Notes: generated by a model not told the origin, from the letters alone. A DNA stretch of 64,000 bases from Chthoniobacteraceae bacterium (GCA_037190965.1 JBBCKI010000015.1:1-64000); one strand, 5' to 3'; shown: positions 40,751-51,923, counted from the stretch's first letter. Numbers and translations are program-made.

Positions 40751-41908
40751 ATGAGTGACACCACTACTCCCCTCCCCTTCAAACCGAAAAAGTCGGTCGC
40801 TCTCTCCGGCATCCCGGCGGGAAATACCGCGCTCTGCTCCGTCGGCCGGAGCGGCAACGATCTTCACTACCTCGGCTACGATATTCTCGACCTCGCCGCA
40901 CACTGCGAGTTCGAGGAGATCGCGCATCTTCTGGTGCATGGCAAGCTCCCGAATATTACGGAACTTGCCGCCTATAAACAGAAACTCCGCGGGCTTCGGG
41001 GGCTCCCGGTCGCGCTCCGGCGGATCCTGGAGTCACTCCCGGCTGCGGCGCACCCGATGGATGTGCTTCGCACCGGCGTCTCCGCTCTGGGATGCCTCCT
41101 TCCGGAGCAGGAAAGCCACGACTCGGCGGGAGCCCGCGAGATTACGGACCGTCTCCTGGCTTCCCTCAACTCGATGCTTCTCTACTGGTATCATTTCGCA
41201 TTCAACGGGCGGCGGATCGAGGTCGAGACCGACGATGATTCCATCGGCGGCCACTTTCTGCGCCTGCTGCACGGCACGCCGCCTCCCCCTTCCTGGGTCG
41301 CGGCAATGCACACTTCGCTGATCCTGTACGCAGAACACGAGTTCAACGCCTCCACCTTCACCACCCGGGTGATCGCCGGGACCGGCTCGGATATCTATTC
41401 TTCGATCACCGGCGGCATCGGCGCTCTGCGCGGCCCGAAACACGGCGGAGCGAACGAGTTCGCCTTCGAAGTCCAAAAACGCTATGCATCTCCCGATGAG
41501 GCGGAAGCGGACATCGTCCGCCGCGTGGCCGCGCGGGAGGTGATCATCGGCTTTGGACATCCGGTTTATACCATCTCCGATCCCCGCAACGAGGTCATCA
41601 AGAGGACCGCCCGCACTCTTTCGGAAGAAGCGAGCGACCTGCGGATGTACGCCATTGCAGAGAGGATCGAAAGCGTCATGGCGCGGGAGAAGAAGATGTT
41701 CCCGAACCTCGACTGGTTCAGCGCCGTTTCGTACCACCAGATGCGCGTGCCGACCTCCATGTTCACGCCGCTCTTCGTCATCGCGCGCACCTCCGGCTGG
41801 GGTGCCCATATTATCGAACAACGGATCGACAACAAGATCATCCGCCCTAGCGCGAACTACACAGGGCCGGAAAACCGTCCCTTCATCCCGCTGCGCGACC
41901 GCCCCTGA
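40751..41908 (+). CDS. prpC: 2-methylcitrate synthase
   Basis: [41 protein letters not shown]. Confidence 0.96.
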   Translation: MSDTTTPLPFKPKKSVALSGIPAGNTALCSVGRSGNDLHYLGYDILDLAAHCEFEEIAHLLVHGKLPNITELAAYKQKLRGLRGLPVALRRILESLPAAAHPMDVLRTGVSALGCLLPEQESHDSAGAREITDRLLASLNSMLLYWYHFAFNGRRIEVETDDDSIGGHFLRLLHGTPPPPSWVAAMHTSLILYAEHEFNASTFTTRVIAGTGSDIYSSITGGIGALRGPKHGGANEFAFEVQKRYASPDEAEADIVRRVAAREVIIGFGHPVYTISDPRNEVIKRTARTLSEEASDLRMYAIAERIESVMAREKKMFPNLDWFSAVSYHQMRVPTSMFTPLFVIARTSGWGAHIIEQRIDNKIIRPSANYTGPENRPFIPLRDRP

Positions 41909-41944
41909 AAATCGCCAAAGATCGCCTACAGAACCCCACTCCTC

Positions 41945-43402
41945 ATGTCACATCACGATCTCACCAACGCCGCCCGGCCCGAGCCGGACGCCCTCCTTCA
42001 GGCGATTGCCGACTACGTCCTGGCCCCGGAGAAAGTCACCAGCGCGGAGGCAATCGACACCGCCCGTCTCTGCCTCATGGACACGCTGGGCTGCGGGTTG
42101 CTCGCGCTCAACTACCCGGCCTGCACGAAGTTGCTCGGACCAGTGGTTCCCGGTGCGGTGCTGCCGTTGCGCGGCGCGCGCGTCCCCGGCACCTCGTATG
42201 AACTCGAGCCGGTGCAGGCCGCCTTCAACATCGGCGCGATGGTCCGCTGGCTCGACTTCAATGATACCTGGCTCGCGGCGGAATGGGGTCACCCCTCCGA
42301 CAATCTGGGCGGCATCCTCGCCGTGGCAGACTATTTGTCCCGACAGGCCGTGGCTCAAGGCGAGCCTTCATTGACCCTCCACGACGTGCTCATCGCCATG
42401 ATCCAGGCGCACGAGATCCAGGGTGTTCTGGCGCTGGAGAATGGATTCAACCGGGTCGGGCTCGACCACGTGCTACTGGTCCGCATCGCCTCCACGGCCG
42501 TTGTCACGCGCCTCCTTGGCGGCAATCGCGAAGACATCATCAACGCGCTCTCCAATGCCTTCATCGACGGCGGCGCTCTCCGCACCTACCGCCACGCGCC
42601 GAACACCGGTTCCCGCAAAAGCTGGGCGGCGGGCGACGCGACGAGCCGTGCCGTCAGGCACGCCCTGTTTGCGCTCAAAGGAGAGATGGGTTACCCCAGC
42701 GCATTGACCGCGAAGGGGTGGGGCTTTCAGGATGTCCTCTTCAAGGGGCAACCCGTCAGGCTTCCTGCGCAGGGCTTCGGAAGTTATGTGATGGAGAACG
42801 TTCTCTTCAAGATCTCCTTCCCGGCGGAGTTCCACGCGCAAACGGCGGTCGAAGCCGCCATCACCCTCCACCCGCAGGTGGCGGAACGACTGGATGAAAT
42901 CGATAAAATCGTCATCGAAACCCAGGAGAGCGGTAAACGGATCATCGACAAAACCGGCCCGCTCGACAACCCGGCGGATCGCGATCATTGCATTCAATAC
43001 ATGGTCGCCATCCCGTTCCTCAAAGGCTCGCTCACGGCGGAGGATTACGAAGACAGCGTTGCCTCCGACGAAAGGATCGACGCCCTCCGCGCGAAAATGG
43101 AGGTGGTGGAAAATGCCGCCTTCACCCGAGACTATCTCGACCCCTCGAAGCGCTCCATCGGCAATGCCGTCCAAGTCTTCTTCCGCGATGGAAGCAGCAC
43201 GGAACGTATCGCCGTGGAATACCCGATCGGCCACAGGAGACGACGGGCGGAAGGGATTCCCGTGCTTCTCGAAAAATTCGAAAAGGCGTTGCGTGGACGA
43301 ATTCCGGCCCGGCAAGCCGACGCGATCCTGGCGTTGAGCGCCGATCCTGCAAAGCTGGCTACAGCACCCGTCGATCGGTGGATGAGTCTTTTCGTGGTTT
43401 AA
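41945..43402 (+). CDS. prpD: 2-methylcitrate dehydratase
   Basis: [43 protein letters not shown]. Confidence 0.97.
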   Translation: MSHHDLTNAARPEPDALLQAIADYVLAPEKVTSAEAIDTARLCLMDTLGCGLLALNYPACTKLLGPVVPGAVLPLRGARVPGTSYELEPVQAAFNIGAMVRWLDFNDTWLAAEWGHPSDNLGGILAVADYLSRQAVAQGEPSLTLHDVLIAMIQAHEIQGVLALENGFNRVGLDHVLLVRIASTAVVTRLLGGNREDIINALSNAFIDGGALRTYRHAPNTGSRKSWAAGDATSRAVRHALFALKGEMGYPSALTAKGWGFQDVLFKGQPVRLPAQGFGSYVMENVLFKISFPAEFHAQTAVEAAITLHPQVAERLDEIDKIVIETQESGKRIIDKTGPLDNPADRDHCIQYMVAIPFLKGSLTAEDYEDSVASDERIDALRAKMEVVENAAFTRDYLDPSKRSIGNAVQVFFRDGSSTERIAVEYPIGHRRRRAEGIPVLLEKFEKALRGRIPARQADAILALSADPAKLATAPVDRWMSLFVV

Positions 43403-43584
43403 GAATGGTGCGGCAGCACCGATGGCACGCTCGCGCCGTCGAGCGCGGTATCGGCCCTCGTCGCTTCATGAGGGCTGCATCCCAATACGAGCAGCCCATC
43501 CTGCGGGATGTACGTCAAACGTGGCTCTTCATCGATGCCCGCGTTCGACGGCGCGAACGGACTATCTTGCCGCTCTTCCCGTCA

Positions 43585-43950
43585 CTACCGCACAACCCCT
43601 CTTCGGCGAAGCCGCTGGCGGACCCTTAGCGCAAACCAGAGACCAGCCCCGCCTCCCAACCACGCGGCAGCCATCGGCTCCGGAGTCGCAGCAAGGGTCA
43701 CACTGGAAGAAACAGCAGGCGGGACGATGTCCAACGGGAGTATTGGCAACACCATCCCGGGTGCCGCTCCCTTGGCTGCGTAGAAGAGGAGCGTGCTCCC
43801 GGCTAAAGATTTCACAGGCTCCGCCGTTTCAACCCAGTCGCGAGGGTCGATCGGCATCTCTGCGAGCGCAGAGCCTGCCTCCACAAAAAAGGAGGCGGAG
43901 ATGCAAAATAAAAACAAGGAAAGCCGGACAAAGGTTCGCTGTAAAATCAC
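43585..43950 (-). CDS. Very small PEP-CTERM-like protein (start uncertain)
   Basis: Hydrophobic signal ending ALA, a mature part of about 58 aa, then ATPEPMAAAWLGGGAGLWFALRVRQRLRRR. Confidence 0.55.
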   Translation of the reverse strand: MILQRTFVRLSLFLFCISASFFVEAGSALAEMPIDPRDWVETAEPVKSLAGSTLLFYAAKGAAPGMVLPILPLDIVPPAVSSSVTLAATPEPMAAAWLGGGAGLWFALRVRQRLRRRGVVR

Positions 43951-44084
43951 TTAAATCAGTTTTGCAACGGGGAGAGAGACCTGCGCACGTCCTTCTTTAC
44001 GAAACGGGCAGGAAATTTGACAGATCAGGCACCGGGGCACAAACGCGGCTTTGCGTGCGCCGGGGGAAAGCTTAAGAATGCGGC

Positions 44085-45260
44085 ATGAGTGCGGCAGCAT
44101 CCCCCGCGCCGGAGCTGAATCCGGCCCGCGACAGAACCGACGGAGACGCGATCTCCGCCGGTCTGTCGGACCGGGCCCTGATACCGGACTTAAAGAAAAC
44201 CGACAACAGTTGCCCTCGTTGGCGGAAGCGCCTTTTCTGGAAGTTGCAAACTGCCGGTTGGGGATGCGCGTCGCTGATGGCGATGTTCTTTTCCATCCTC
44301 GAGTATTTCCCCGTGTATGAGACGGTACTCCTGGGCACCTTCCGCATCGGGTTCGGTTTTGCGGTAACCTGCGGGTTGCGATACCCCTACCGGCGCATGC
44401 AGCCAAGGCCGGGAAATCTCTGGAGGCCGGCAATTATCGTCTTCATGATCTCCGGCGCTGCGGGGCTTGCCGATGGAATCGGGACCGCGATTCTCGCGCA
44501 GGCAATCGGAATGAATCTGGCGGATCCGTCGCTCGGCCAGTTCCTGGTCACCAGCGTTTTCATGCGATGGATGCTCTTCTGGCTTTGGAGCCTCCTCTAT
44601 TTTGGAATCAGATACTGGCTCGACACCGAGCAGGCTCGGCTGCGGTTGGCGCAGGCGGAGGCAGCCGCCCGTTCCAGCGAATTGCAACTGCTGCGGGCCC
44701 AGGTCAACCCACATTTTCTTTTCAACGCGTTGAACTCCATTCTTGCCGAGTCGGATAACCCGCCCTCCGTGCGCGCGCTCACGCTGGCTCTTTCCGAATA
44801 TTTGCGCTTCTCCCTTCAGCAACCGGGCGATCTCCAGCCTCTTGGGGTCGAGCTTGACGCCATGGAGAACTACCTACGGGTGGAGAAAGTCCGCTTTGAG
44901 GAAAAGCTGGAATACCGCATCGACGCCGATGCAACGGCCCGGCAGATTTTCTCTCCCGTCGCGCTGGTTCAGCCATTGGTCGACAATGCCATCAAATATG
45001 GCCAACGCTCCTCCATTCGCCCGCTGACGGTTACTGTTTCCGCAGTCGTGCATGGCCAGTTTCTTTCCATCGCCGTGATCAATTCCGGTGATTGGATCAT
45101 CCCCGGTACGGTCCCCTCCACCGGCACCGGGCTGGCCAATCTGCAACGCCGGTTGCAGCTTCTCTACGAAGATGAAGCATCCCTCACCACAGAGAAAAAT
45201 CCGGGTCAGGTGCGCGTATCGGTGCGCCTCCCGCTTCGGAAAGAGGTTGAAACACGATGA
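44085..45260 (+). CDS. LytS/YehU-type sensor histidine kinase
   Basis: TM N-terminus, LRAQVNPHFLFNALNSI, QPLVDNAIKYG, GTGLANL. Confidence 0.93.
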   Translation: MSAAASPAPELNPARDRTDGDAISAGLSDRALIPDLKKTDNSCPRWRKRLFWKLQTAGWGCASLMAMFFSILEYFPVYETVLLGTFRIGFGFAVTCGLRYPYRRMQPRPGNLWRPAIIVFMISGAAGLADGIGTAILAQAIGMNLADPSLGQFLVTSVFMRWMLFWLWSLLYFGIRYWLDTEQARLRLAQAEAAARSSELQLLRAQVNPHFLFNALNSILAESDNPPSVRALTLALSEYLRFSLQQPGDLQPLGVELDAMENYLRVEKVRFEEKLEYRIDADATARQIFSPVALVQPLVDNAIKYGQRSSIRPLTVTVSAVVHGQFLSIAVINSGDWIIPGTVPSTGTGLANLQRRLQLLYEDEASLTTEKNPGQVRVSVRLPLRKEVETR

Positions 45261-45991
45261 ATCTCCCCCTACGCGCCCTGCTGGCCGACGACGAGCGACT
45301 TGCGCGGAAACGATTGAGCCAAATGCTCCTCGCGCACCCGGAGATCCAGGTAATCGGCGAAACCGACGATGTAAACTCCACCATCGCTTTCGCCGAACAG
45401 GAAGCGCCCGACGTCATTTTCCTCGATGTACAAATGCCGCCCGGCTGCGGCTTTGACGTATTGCCGTCGCTCAGTCCCCTCCCCAGGATCGTTTTTGTCA
45501 CGGCTTACGACACTTTTGCCGTCAGGGCCTTCGATGCCCAAGCTTTCGATTACCTCCTCAAGCCAGTCCACCCCGATCGCCTTGAAGAAACTGTGCGACG
45601 ACTGCGCGCCAACCCGGCAGCCTCGCTTCAACAGAAGAGTGTACCGGTCGAAAAGCTGCAATTGGACGACCTCGTCACCCTGCGCGACAAAGGAACCATT
45701 CGCATCCTGCCCGCCGGCACGATTGCGGCGATCGAAGCCGAAGCCGCCTACTCACGCGTCACGCCCTCCGGCCAAAGCGGCATCGTCGTGCTCGGGCCGA
45801 TTTGCGACTGGGAGGACCGGCTCCCCTCACCCCCGTTTATCCGGCTGGATCGATCATTGATCATCAACCTGAACCTGGTGCGGGAGGTGAATGTCCTGAA
45901 CCGCGACGAAACGCGGCTCAGCCTCAAGGGTGTGAGCGATCCGCTGATCCTTGGTCGAGCGGCTTCGATCAGACTGCGAAAGCTGTTTTAG
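45257..45991 (+). CDS. LytTR family response regulator
   Basis: FLDVQMP, FVTAYD, YLLKP, FIRLDRSLIIN; ATGA-coupled to the kinase. Confidence 0.94.
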   Translation: MNLPLRALLADDERLARKRLSQMLLAHPEIQVIGETDDVNSTIAFAEQEAPDVIFLDVQMPPGCGFDVLPSLSPLPRIVFVTAYDTFAVRAFDAQAFDYLLKPVHPDRLEETVRRLRANPAASLQQKSVPVEKLQLDDLVTLRDKGTIRILPAGTIAAIEAEAAYSRVTPSGQSGIVVLGPICDWEDRLPSPPFIRLDRSLIINLNLVREVNVLNRDETRLSLKGVSDPLILGRAASIRLRKLF

Positions 45992-46006
45992 CCTGCCTAC
46001 TTGGCC

Positions 46007-46999
46007 CTACTTGGCCGTCCCCGGCTTCAGCCAGGCGGCGTCCTCCTCGATCACTCGATGGATCGCATCCCGACATTCATCCGTCAGCGGGTATCCGAGG
46101 AAGCCCGCCGTTGAGGAAAACACTCCAAGCTTCACGAGGCTGTATTTAAGGCCGGTCAACCAGCAGGCGATCTTTTCACCCCCGTAAACGGAGAAAAGCA
46201 TCCGTTTTGTCCGCTCGTCGATCTGCGTCGCCTTCTCCAGATCACCCGCGACCAACGCTGCGTCCATCGCCTTGATGTAAGCCGTGCTCAGGATCGCCCC
46301 ACCGGTCATCAATCCGTTATACCCGGCGACCAGGTAGTCCAGCCCCGCAAACTCATCCCCATCCAACAAGACAAGCTCGGGGCGTTGCGCCCTCGCGGCC
46401 AGCGCCACCTCCCGATGATCCGCCGCCGCCGAACTATCCTTGACGAGGCGAACCGCCGGGTGCGCATAGATCTCGGTCAGGATCTCCGAAGTCAACGGAA
46501 AGCCCGGCTTATTGCCACGGTCATAGAAACAGACCGGCTTGGGAGAACGATCAAAAATCTCCGTATAGTATCGGATCACCCGCTCCGGAGTTGCATTCAT
46601 GAACATGGCGGGTTGAGCCACCACGACGTAATCGCATGCCTCCAGACAAAGCGCTTCGATCTGGCCAAGCACCCGGGAGGAAGAGTTATCGGTCACCTGC
46701 ACGGCGAGTTGCATCCTGCCCTGATTTGCCTCCACGGCCCGCCGCACCAACTCGCGCGTCTGCTCCTGCGTCATCCACGGCCCTTCGCCGCAGGTCCCCG
46801 CCAGGAAGAGGCCGTCCGTACCCAGAGCCGCGTGATGATCGATCATCCGCACGATCGACTCGCGATCCAGAGCCATTGAATCGAGAAATGGCGTCGGAGT
46901 GGCTGACCATACCAACGCAGCGCGATTCGGGCGGGCGTTTGCGCCGCCAGGTAGCACCTGTGATCCGGAATTTGTGGAAACAGCCTGGGTCGAACTCAT
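46007..46999 (-). CDS. Dihydrodipicolinate synthase/N-acetylneuraminate lyase family aldolase
   Basis: TPF, LAGTCGEG, FY, Schiff-base Lys in VKDSS, GDE. Confidence 0.88.
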   Translation of the reverse strand: MSSTQAVSTNSGSQVLPGGANARPNRAALVWSATPTPFLDSMALDRESIVRMIDHHAALGTDGLFLAGTCGEGPWMTQEQTRELVRRAVEANQGRMQLAVQVTDNSSSRVLGQIEALCLEACDYVVVAQPAMFMNATPERVIRYYTEIFDRSPKPVCFYDRGNKPGFPLTSEILTEIYAHPAVRLVKDSSAAADHREVALAARAQRPELVLLDGDEFAGLDYLVAGYNGLMTGGAILSTAYIKAMDAALVAGDLEKATQIDERTKRMLFSVYGGEKIACWLTGLKYSLVKLGVFSSTAGFLGYPLTDECRDAIHRVIEEDAAWLKPGTAK

Positions 47000-47109
47000 A
47001 CTTGCCTTGGTTTCTTGAATGGTTGATCTGGATAATCTGACTTTGCGCGATTGAGCACTGATTGCGGCAAACTACCGCAGGCCTTCGGGAAATAACATCG
47101 AGACAATCC

Positions 47110-47126
47110 TGGAAAAACTTTTTCCA
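47110..47126. promoter_or_regulatory. Palindromic operator candidate TGGAAAAA-C-TTTTTCCA
   Basis: Perfect 8-bp inverted repeat in the divergent region between the aldolase and the regulator. Confidence 0.55.
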
Positions 47127-47143
47127 CCTTTGTAAAAGAAGCC

Positions 47144-48241
47144 ATGGCCGATCCCCTTCGAACCTTCCGGCGCTCATCCGTCATCGAACAGACTGCGGAG
47201 GTCCTCACCGAAGCCATCCAGCGCGGAGAGATGACCAACCCGCTCCCGAGCGAATTGCAACTCGCGGAAAAGCTCAAGGTCAGCCGCCCCACGTTGAGGC
47301 GGGCTCTTGCAATCCTTGCCAAGCGCAACCTGGTCGCCACCGCCAAGGGCAAACGAACACGGCTTGTCGCCCGAGACGAAACCGAAGAGGCCCCCCGGCC
47401 CCAAAATCGCGCGGGTTCGGTCTGCTTCGTAGTCTCCGCGTCGTATCACCCGACTACCTTGTTGATGAATCCCATCTTCACTGAGATGAAGTTCCAACTG
47501 ACCGCCGAGGGGATCGCATGGGATGCCATCTATGAATCGAAATTGGGAGGAAGAAAGACCACGGCCCGGCTGGCGGAGATTGTTTCCGGTCGCAGGGATA
47601 CCTGCTATGTCCTCTTCAGCCCGGCAAAGCCCCTGCAACGATGGTTCATGGAATCCGGGTTGCCGGTCCTGATTCTCGGCTCGTGCTACGAGGGGGTAGA
47701 CCTCCCTTCCATCGACATCGACTATCGCGCCGTCGGCTGGCATGCCGCAGGGCAACTCATCAAGAACGGCCACAAGCGAATCCTTCTGGTCAAACCTTCC
47801 TGGGCTCACCCCATGGGAAATACGACCACGGAAAAGGCCCTCAGAGATTATCTCGAACAGACGGAAAACGCTCGACTCCAAGTTCTGCAAGTCGCGCCCG
47901 ATCCCAACGAGTTCCTTCCCTCCCTGGAGCGCGCCCTCCGCGGCCCCAAGGCACCCACGGCCATCATCGCCTGCCGCGTCGAGATCGCACTGTCTCTTTT
48001 GGGATCGGTGCAACTTTTCGGCAAAAGCATCCCCAAAGATGTCTCCCTGATTTCCAGGGATCATTACCCCATCCTCGAAGCCATGACCCCCCAGGTGACC
48101 CGTTACGCGTCCAACCTCCCCTCTTTCGCGCGCAAGGCCGTCCGCTTTATCCACGCTCTGCTTCAGGGAAACGTCCCTCGACGCAAAACCGTCCTGATCT
48201 CCCCGGAATTCGTCCCCGGCCAGACCCTTCGGCCGATTTGA
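47144..48241 (+). CDS. GntR-HTH / LacI-type sensor hybrid regulator
   Basis: LPSELQLAEKLKVSRPTLRRAL; SIDIDY, GHKRI, PTAII, IPKDVSLIS. Confidence 0.9.
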   Translation: MADPLRTFRRSSVIEQTAEVLTEAIQRGEMTNPLPSELQLAEKLKVSRPTLRRALAILAKRNLVATAKGKRTRLVARDETEEAPRPQNRAGSVCFVVSASYHPTTLLMNPIFTEMKFQLTAEGIAWDAIYESKLGGRKTTARLAEIVSGRRDTCYVLFSPAKPLQRWFMESGLPVLILGSCYEGVDLPSIDIDYRAVGWHAAGQLIKNGHKRILLVKPSWAHPMGNTTTEKALRDYLEQTENARLQVLQVAPDPNEFLPSLERALRGPKAPTAIIACRVEIALSLLGSVQLFGKSIPKDVSLISRDHYPILEAMTPQVTRYASNLPSFARKAVRFIHALLQGNVPRRKTVLISPEFVPGQTLRPI

Positions 48242-48317
48242 TCGGCTCCCCCCGATTTTCCGATCTTTCTCCTTGCCGTAGCCGAAAAAACAACGATACT
48301 CCCCTCCTCTGTCAACA

Positions 48318-48409
48318 GGAAGGGTGGCTGAGTCCGGTTTAAGGCACTCGACTCGAAATCGAACGTGGCAGAAATGTCACCGCGGGTTCGAATCCCGCCC
48401 CTTCCGCCA
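48318..48409 (+). tRNA. tRNA-Ser (anticodon CGA)
   Basis: Acceptor GGAAGGG/CCCTTCC plus G and CCA; anticodon loop CT-CGA-AA; long variable arm; GGTTCGAATCC T-loop. Confidence 0.95.
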
Positions 48410-48721
48410 ATGCATCATAAAGGCTGTAAAGACTTTAGATTTCCGCAATGTCGCACAAACCTGGCGTTTCGGTTTGGGAAGACTGTCGGCATGAGCCTTA
48501 TTTCAATCAGCTTCGCACGGCGGGCGCTTTTGGCGGATGCCATAGCATCATTCAGCTTTTCTGTTTATCTCGGGTTCAAGTTATCAAACAAAGGAGCCCG
48601 GCGATGCATCGCCGGGCTATATTCATCTACCCCTTTCCTAAAAGGAATGAAGGGCCGCGGTTCTTGACAAGAAGCCGTTGATTGACCCGTTGGGGTAGCT
48701 TGACGTTCACCGCATTGTTCC

Positions 48722-48907
48722 CTAATAGGAGCTGACGCTGCGCGTTTGCGTGGTAGTGGTCGCATTAACGGGCCGGTGCAATGTGCTTTCCTCCGTCGTC
48801 GTGGTCGTACTGTGGTACGATGGATCCTTTTTCTCCACCACAGTAGTACAGGCAGATAATGCCACAAGAGCGGCGGCGACAAGGCATGGGAGAATGATCT
48901 TTTTCAT
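48722..48907 (-). CDS. Small Thr-rich lipoprotein
   Basis: MKKIILPCLVAAALVALSAC lipobox; 61 aa. Confidence 0.7.
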   Translation of the reverse strand: MKKIILPCLVAAALVALSACTTVVEKKDPSYHSTTTTTEESTLHRPVNATTTTQTRSVSSY

Positions 48908-48930
48908 AGATGGAATGACTATTTGCATTG

Positions 48931-49344
48931 CTACTCGTCGACGGTGGTGGTCGTCGTCGTACTGGTTTTCTTTTCCTCAATCACGGCAGGCGGGGGCGCT
49001 GTTGCGACCGTCTTTCTTACGATGACTTTTGAAGCCACCATCTTATTCCCTTCCTTGGCGTAGAACACGGTCACGGGAACACCGGACCTCACAACCGCCA
49101 TCGAGACCGGCGTGCCGGCTTCATCGACGTAAGTCGTTGTTTTTGTGTATGTATAGCGAACCGGTTCGGGCGACGTTTCAGTTTTAATGACAATCGTCTC
49201 CGGACTGAACTCGCTAATGATTCCAACAGATGGAACCATCGTTGTTGTTTCAACGGCCGTCTGTGCTTCAAGGGTTGATTGAGCGGTGATCAGCAACACC
49301 CCTAGATAGGTGAAGCTGCCAATGTTTCGGATAATTTTTTTCAT
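48931..49344 (-). CDS. Secreted Thr/Val-rich hypothetical protein
   Basis: Signal peptide; beta-rich TTYVDEAG...VTVFY...ASKVIV core; poly-Thr tail. Confidence 0.75.
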   Translation of the reverse strand: MKKIIRNIGSFTYLGVLLITAQSTLEAQTAVETTTMVPSVGIISEFSPETIVIKTETSPEPVRYTYTKTTTYVDEAGTPVSMAVVRSGVPVTVFYAKEGNKMVASKVIVRKTVATAPPPAVIEEKKTSTTTTTTVDE

Positions 49345-49946
49345 TGTATACCAGAGACTACGCCATCAATGGCTCGGTCGGTCGTATGAACGCGAGCGCG
49401 AGGCCAGCCCAAGGACCGAATCCTTCATGTGCGCCGGTCTGGCGATCGATTCGCGCCAATCAGATAGAGAAGAACAACGCCTCTGCAGAACCATTGTTTT
49501 TGTACAGCAGAAGGCAGGCCATGGTTTCTGCAAACGCTATACTCACAGCAACGGCATTCGAATGTTCAACGGCATTAACTTCACCGAGAGGTCAGATTAA
49601 ACAAAGTTGATTTGTTTCGCGATGTCAGATGCCGACCTTAACATTACCAACGAACTGCGCAGTTGCGAAACGGCAGTTTATTTCCGTCTATTTTGAAGGT
49701 TTCCGGCATTAGGGGAACGCTGATTGAATGATTTTGTCACAGAAGCCTACCGTTTTCGGGTCTCCTGTCATAGATGGCCTGGAATCGTCCACTTTCCTTC
49801 CGGCACCAGCGTCCGCTTTACCCATGTAGGCCGCCTTCATGATGCAATGGTGAAGACCGGACTCTGTTCACCGGTCTGAACCGGCCAATCTTTTTTACCA
49901 CCCTCCGGCGTATTGCTTCAGGAAGAAGGAAAGATAGCGTGACCCC

Positions 49947-51068
49947 ATGGTCGAAAAAACCTCATTAGCTGACTACCGCTGTGCGCACCACAATGTTCTC
50001 TATCGCAATCCCAAGCCTCATGTGAGGAGCGTTCACGCGTACTTTCCATCGGTGATTGCTTTCGACCGTCAACATTTGGGCGCGACCGTGGTGCTCGGTG
50101 AGGCATTTGAAGCGCCAAACCTCCACCTCGCATACTTTGAATCGACGGATGGCGGTGCAAGCTGGAGCCGCAAATCGACGGTCACAGAGCCGACACCCGA
50201 CCTGAGTTCCTCGACAGTAGGACGCTTGAGCCTTCTACCGGACGGCACTCTGTCGGCCATTGTGGTTCGTCACGAACGATCCGCTGATGACGAAGGAATT
50301 ACTGAGGGAAGGACTATCGGGATGATGCCGATGCGAATCGAGCAGTATCGCTCCAGCGATCGCGGCGCGAGTTGGTCAGCACCAGAAGTCGTGACGCCAC
50401 CGCTCGCGGATACTTCTTTTGAAATTTGTTCGAATTTCACCATCCTTGAAGATGGAACGTTTCTTTGGCCCACCTCCACTTGGCCTGTTGCAGGGCAAGA
50501 AGTGCGGTCGGACAAATTTAGGACGGGCGCTTTCATTTCGAAGGACCAAGGCAAAAAATGGCCTGCATGGATGACGGTGTTTCCCAACGACCGGTATATC
50601 TACTGGGAATCCAAGATCGTCCCGTTGGCCGACGAACGTTTACTGGCAGTTGCCTGGGTTCATGATCTGGAGAGTGGCAAGGACTTACCCAATCACTATG
50701 CAGTTGGGTGCAAGGACGGCTCGCGGTGGAGCGCACCGCAATCGATGGGAATTCTTGGCCAGACCCTCAGCAGCACCGTTCTACCGGACGGTAATATTCT
50801 CAGTGTTTATCGTCGAGTCGATCAGCCGGGGCTCTGGGGAACGATATCCAGCCTGGAGGGAGAGACCTGGTTCAACCACGGCCATGAACTTCTCTGGGGC
50901 GGCCCTAGCGCCTCGTCAAATACCGACAATATTCGCCAACATTTTGCGACATTGAAGTTTGGGGCCCCTTCGATCCTGAGACTGCCGAATGACGATATCT
51001 TTATTGCATTCTGGGCAGTGATTGATAGCGTTTCCCAGATCAACACAATTACCCTGTCCAAAGTATGA
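49947..51068 (+). CDS. BNR/Asp-box sialidase-family beta-propeller
   Basis: Asp boxes STDGGASW, SSDRGASW and SKDQGKKW; no obvious signal peptide. Confidence 0.82.
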   Translation: MVEKTSLADYRCAHHNVLYRNPKPHVRSVHAYFPSVIAFDRQHLGATVVLGEAFEAPNLHLAYFESTDGGASWSRKSTVTEPTPDLSSSTVGRLSLLPDGTLSAIVVRHERSADDEGITEGRTIGMMPMRIEQYRSSDRGASWSAPEVVTPPLADTSFEICSNFTILEDGTFLWPTSTWPVAGQEVRSDKFRTGAFISKDQGKKWPAWMTVFPNDRYIYWESKIVPLADERLLAVAWVHDLESGKDLPNHYAVGCKDGSRWSAPQSMGILGQTLSSTVLPDGNILSVYRRVDQPGLWGTISSLEGETWFNHGHELLWGGPSASSNTDNIRQHFATLKFGAPSILRLPNDDIFIAFWAVIDSVSQINTITLSKV

Positions 51069-51736
51069 CGCCCGTGCTTTCCAGCCGTGAACGAATTGCC
51101 CATCAACTAGCCGGCAACTTCCCTATCAAATGGATCTTTACAGGAGATAGCATTACTCACGGAGCTCATCATACATTTGGTTATCGAGACTACCCCGAGC
51201 ACTTCGCCGAACGGGTGCGTTGGGAAAAAGGGCGTGGGCGAGATAGCATTATTACAACGGGTGTCAGCGGATGGAGGATCACTCATATCGCCGAAGACCT
51301 GGAATGGAACGTGTTGCAGTATTCTCCTCAAACCGTGTCTCTCAACGTCGGCATGAATGACTGTGTGGCAGGAGCGGAAGGTGTTGCCCCTTTTGGCGCT
51401 GTTTATCGACAGGTATTGGATCTCATTAGAAAGGAGACTGATGCGGCATTGATTCTCCATACCCCTAACACGATTCTTGATACGCCCCAGCGGCTCCGTG
51501 CAAATCTCGCTCTCTATTCCGGAGAGATCCGCAAAATCGCCAAAGAATATGACACCGTTTTAGTTGACCACGAAAGAGTTTGGCTCGACGCGGAAAGGCG
51601 ACAAGCCTTGATGTATTGGTTATCCGACGAAATCCACCCGAATGAGTATGGCCATCGCGCCATGGCGCATACCCTTCTTCGCGAGTTGGATCTATTCGAT
51701 CCGGAGAGCTTCGTCTGTCGTCTGCTGGTTCCTTAA
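51065..51736 (+). CDS. SGNH/GDSL hydrolase
   Basis: GDSIT, GVSG, GMND, DEIHPN; ATGA-coupled to the upstream gene. Confidence 0.92.
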   Translation: MTPVLSSRERIAHQLAGNFPIKWIFTGDSITHGAHHTFGYRDYPEHFAERVRWEKGRGRDSIITTGVSGWRITHIAEDLEWNVLQYSPQTVSLNVGMNDCVAGAEGVAPFGAVYRQVLDLIRKETDAALILHTPNTILDTPQRLRANLALYSGEIRKIAKEYDTVLVDHERVWLDAERRQALMYWLSDEIHPNEYGHRAMAHTLLRELDLFDPESFVCRLLVP

Positions 51737-51923
51737 GCCTAACCTGACAGGCGGCATGCAGTTAGGAGAGAAGCAGATCCGCTATCTTCAGACGAAAGAG
51801 CTGTCCCAATACGCGGTGGAGCGCTAATTTGTTCGCGCCACCGCCAGTCCTCTTTGACCTGATTCCGAGGTTGCGCGCCGCGGTCCTTCACAATTGAGTT
51901 TCGCCCAATACTGGGATTCAAGA

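Noticed and set aside
51737..51767. GCCTAAC...GTTAGGA directly after the SGNH stop as an integron attC site
   Set aside because: At about 31 nt it is too short for an attC site and there is no integrase. It is more likely a hairpin between convergent genes.
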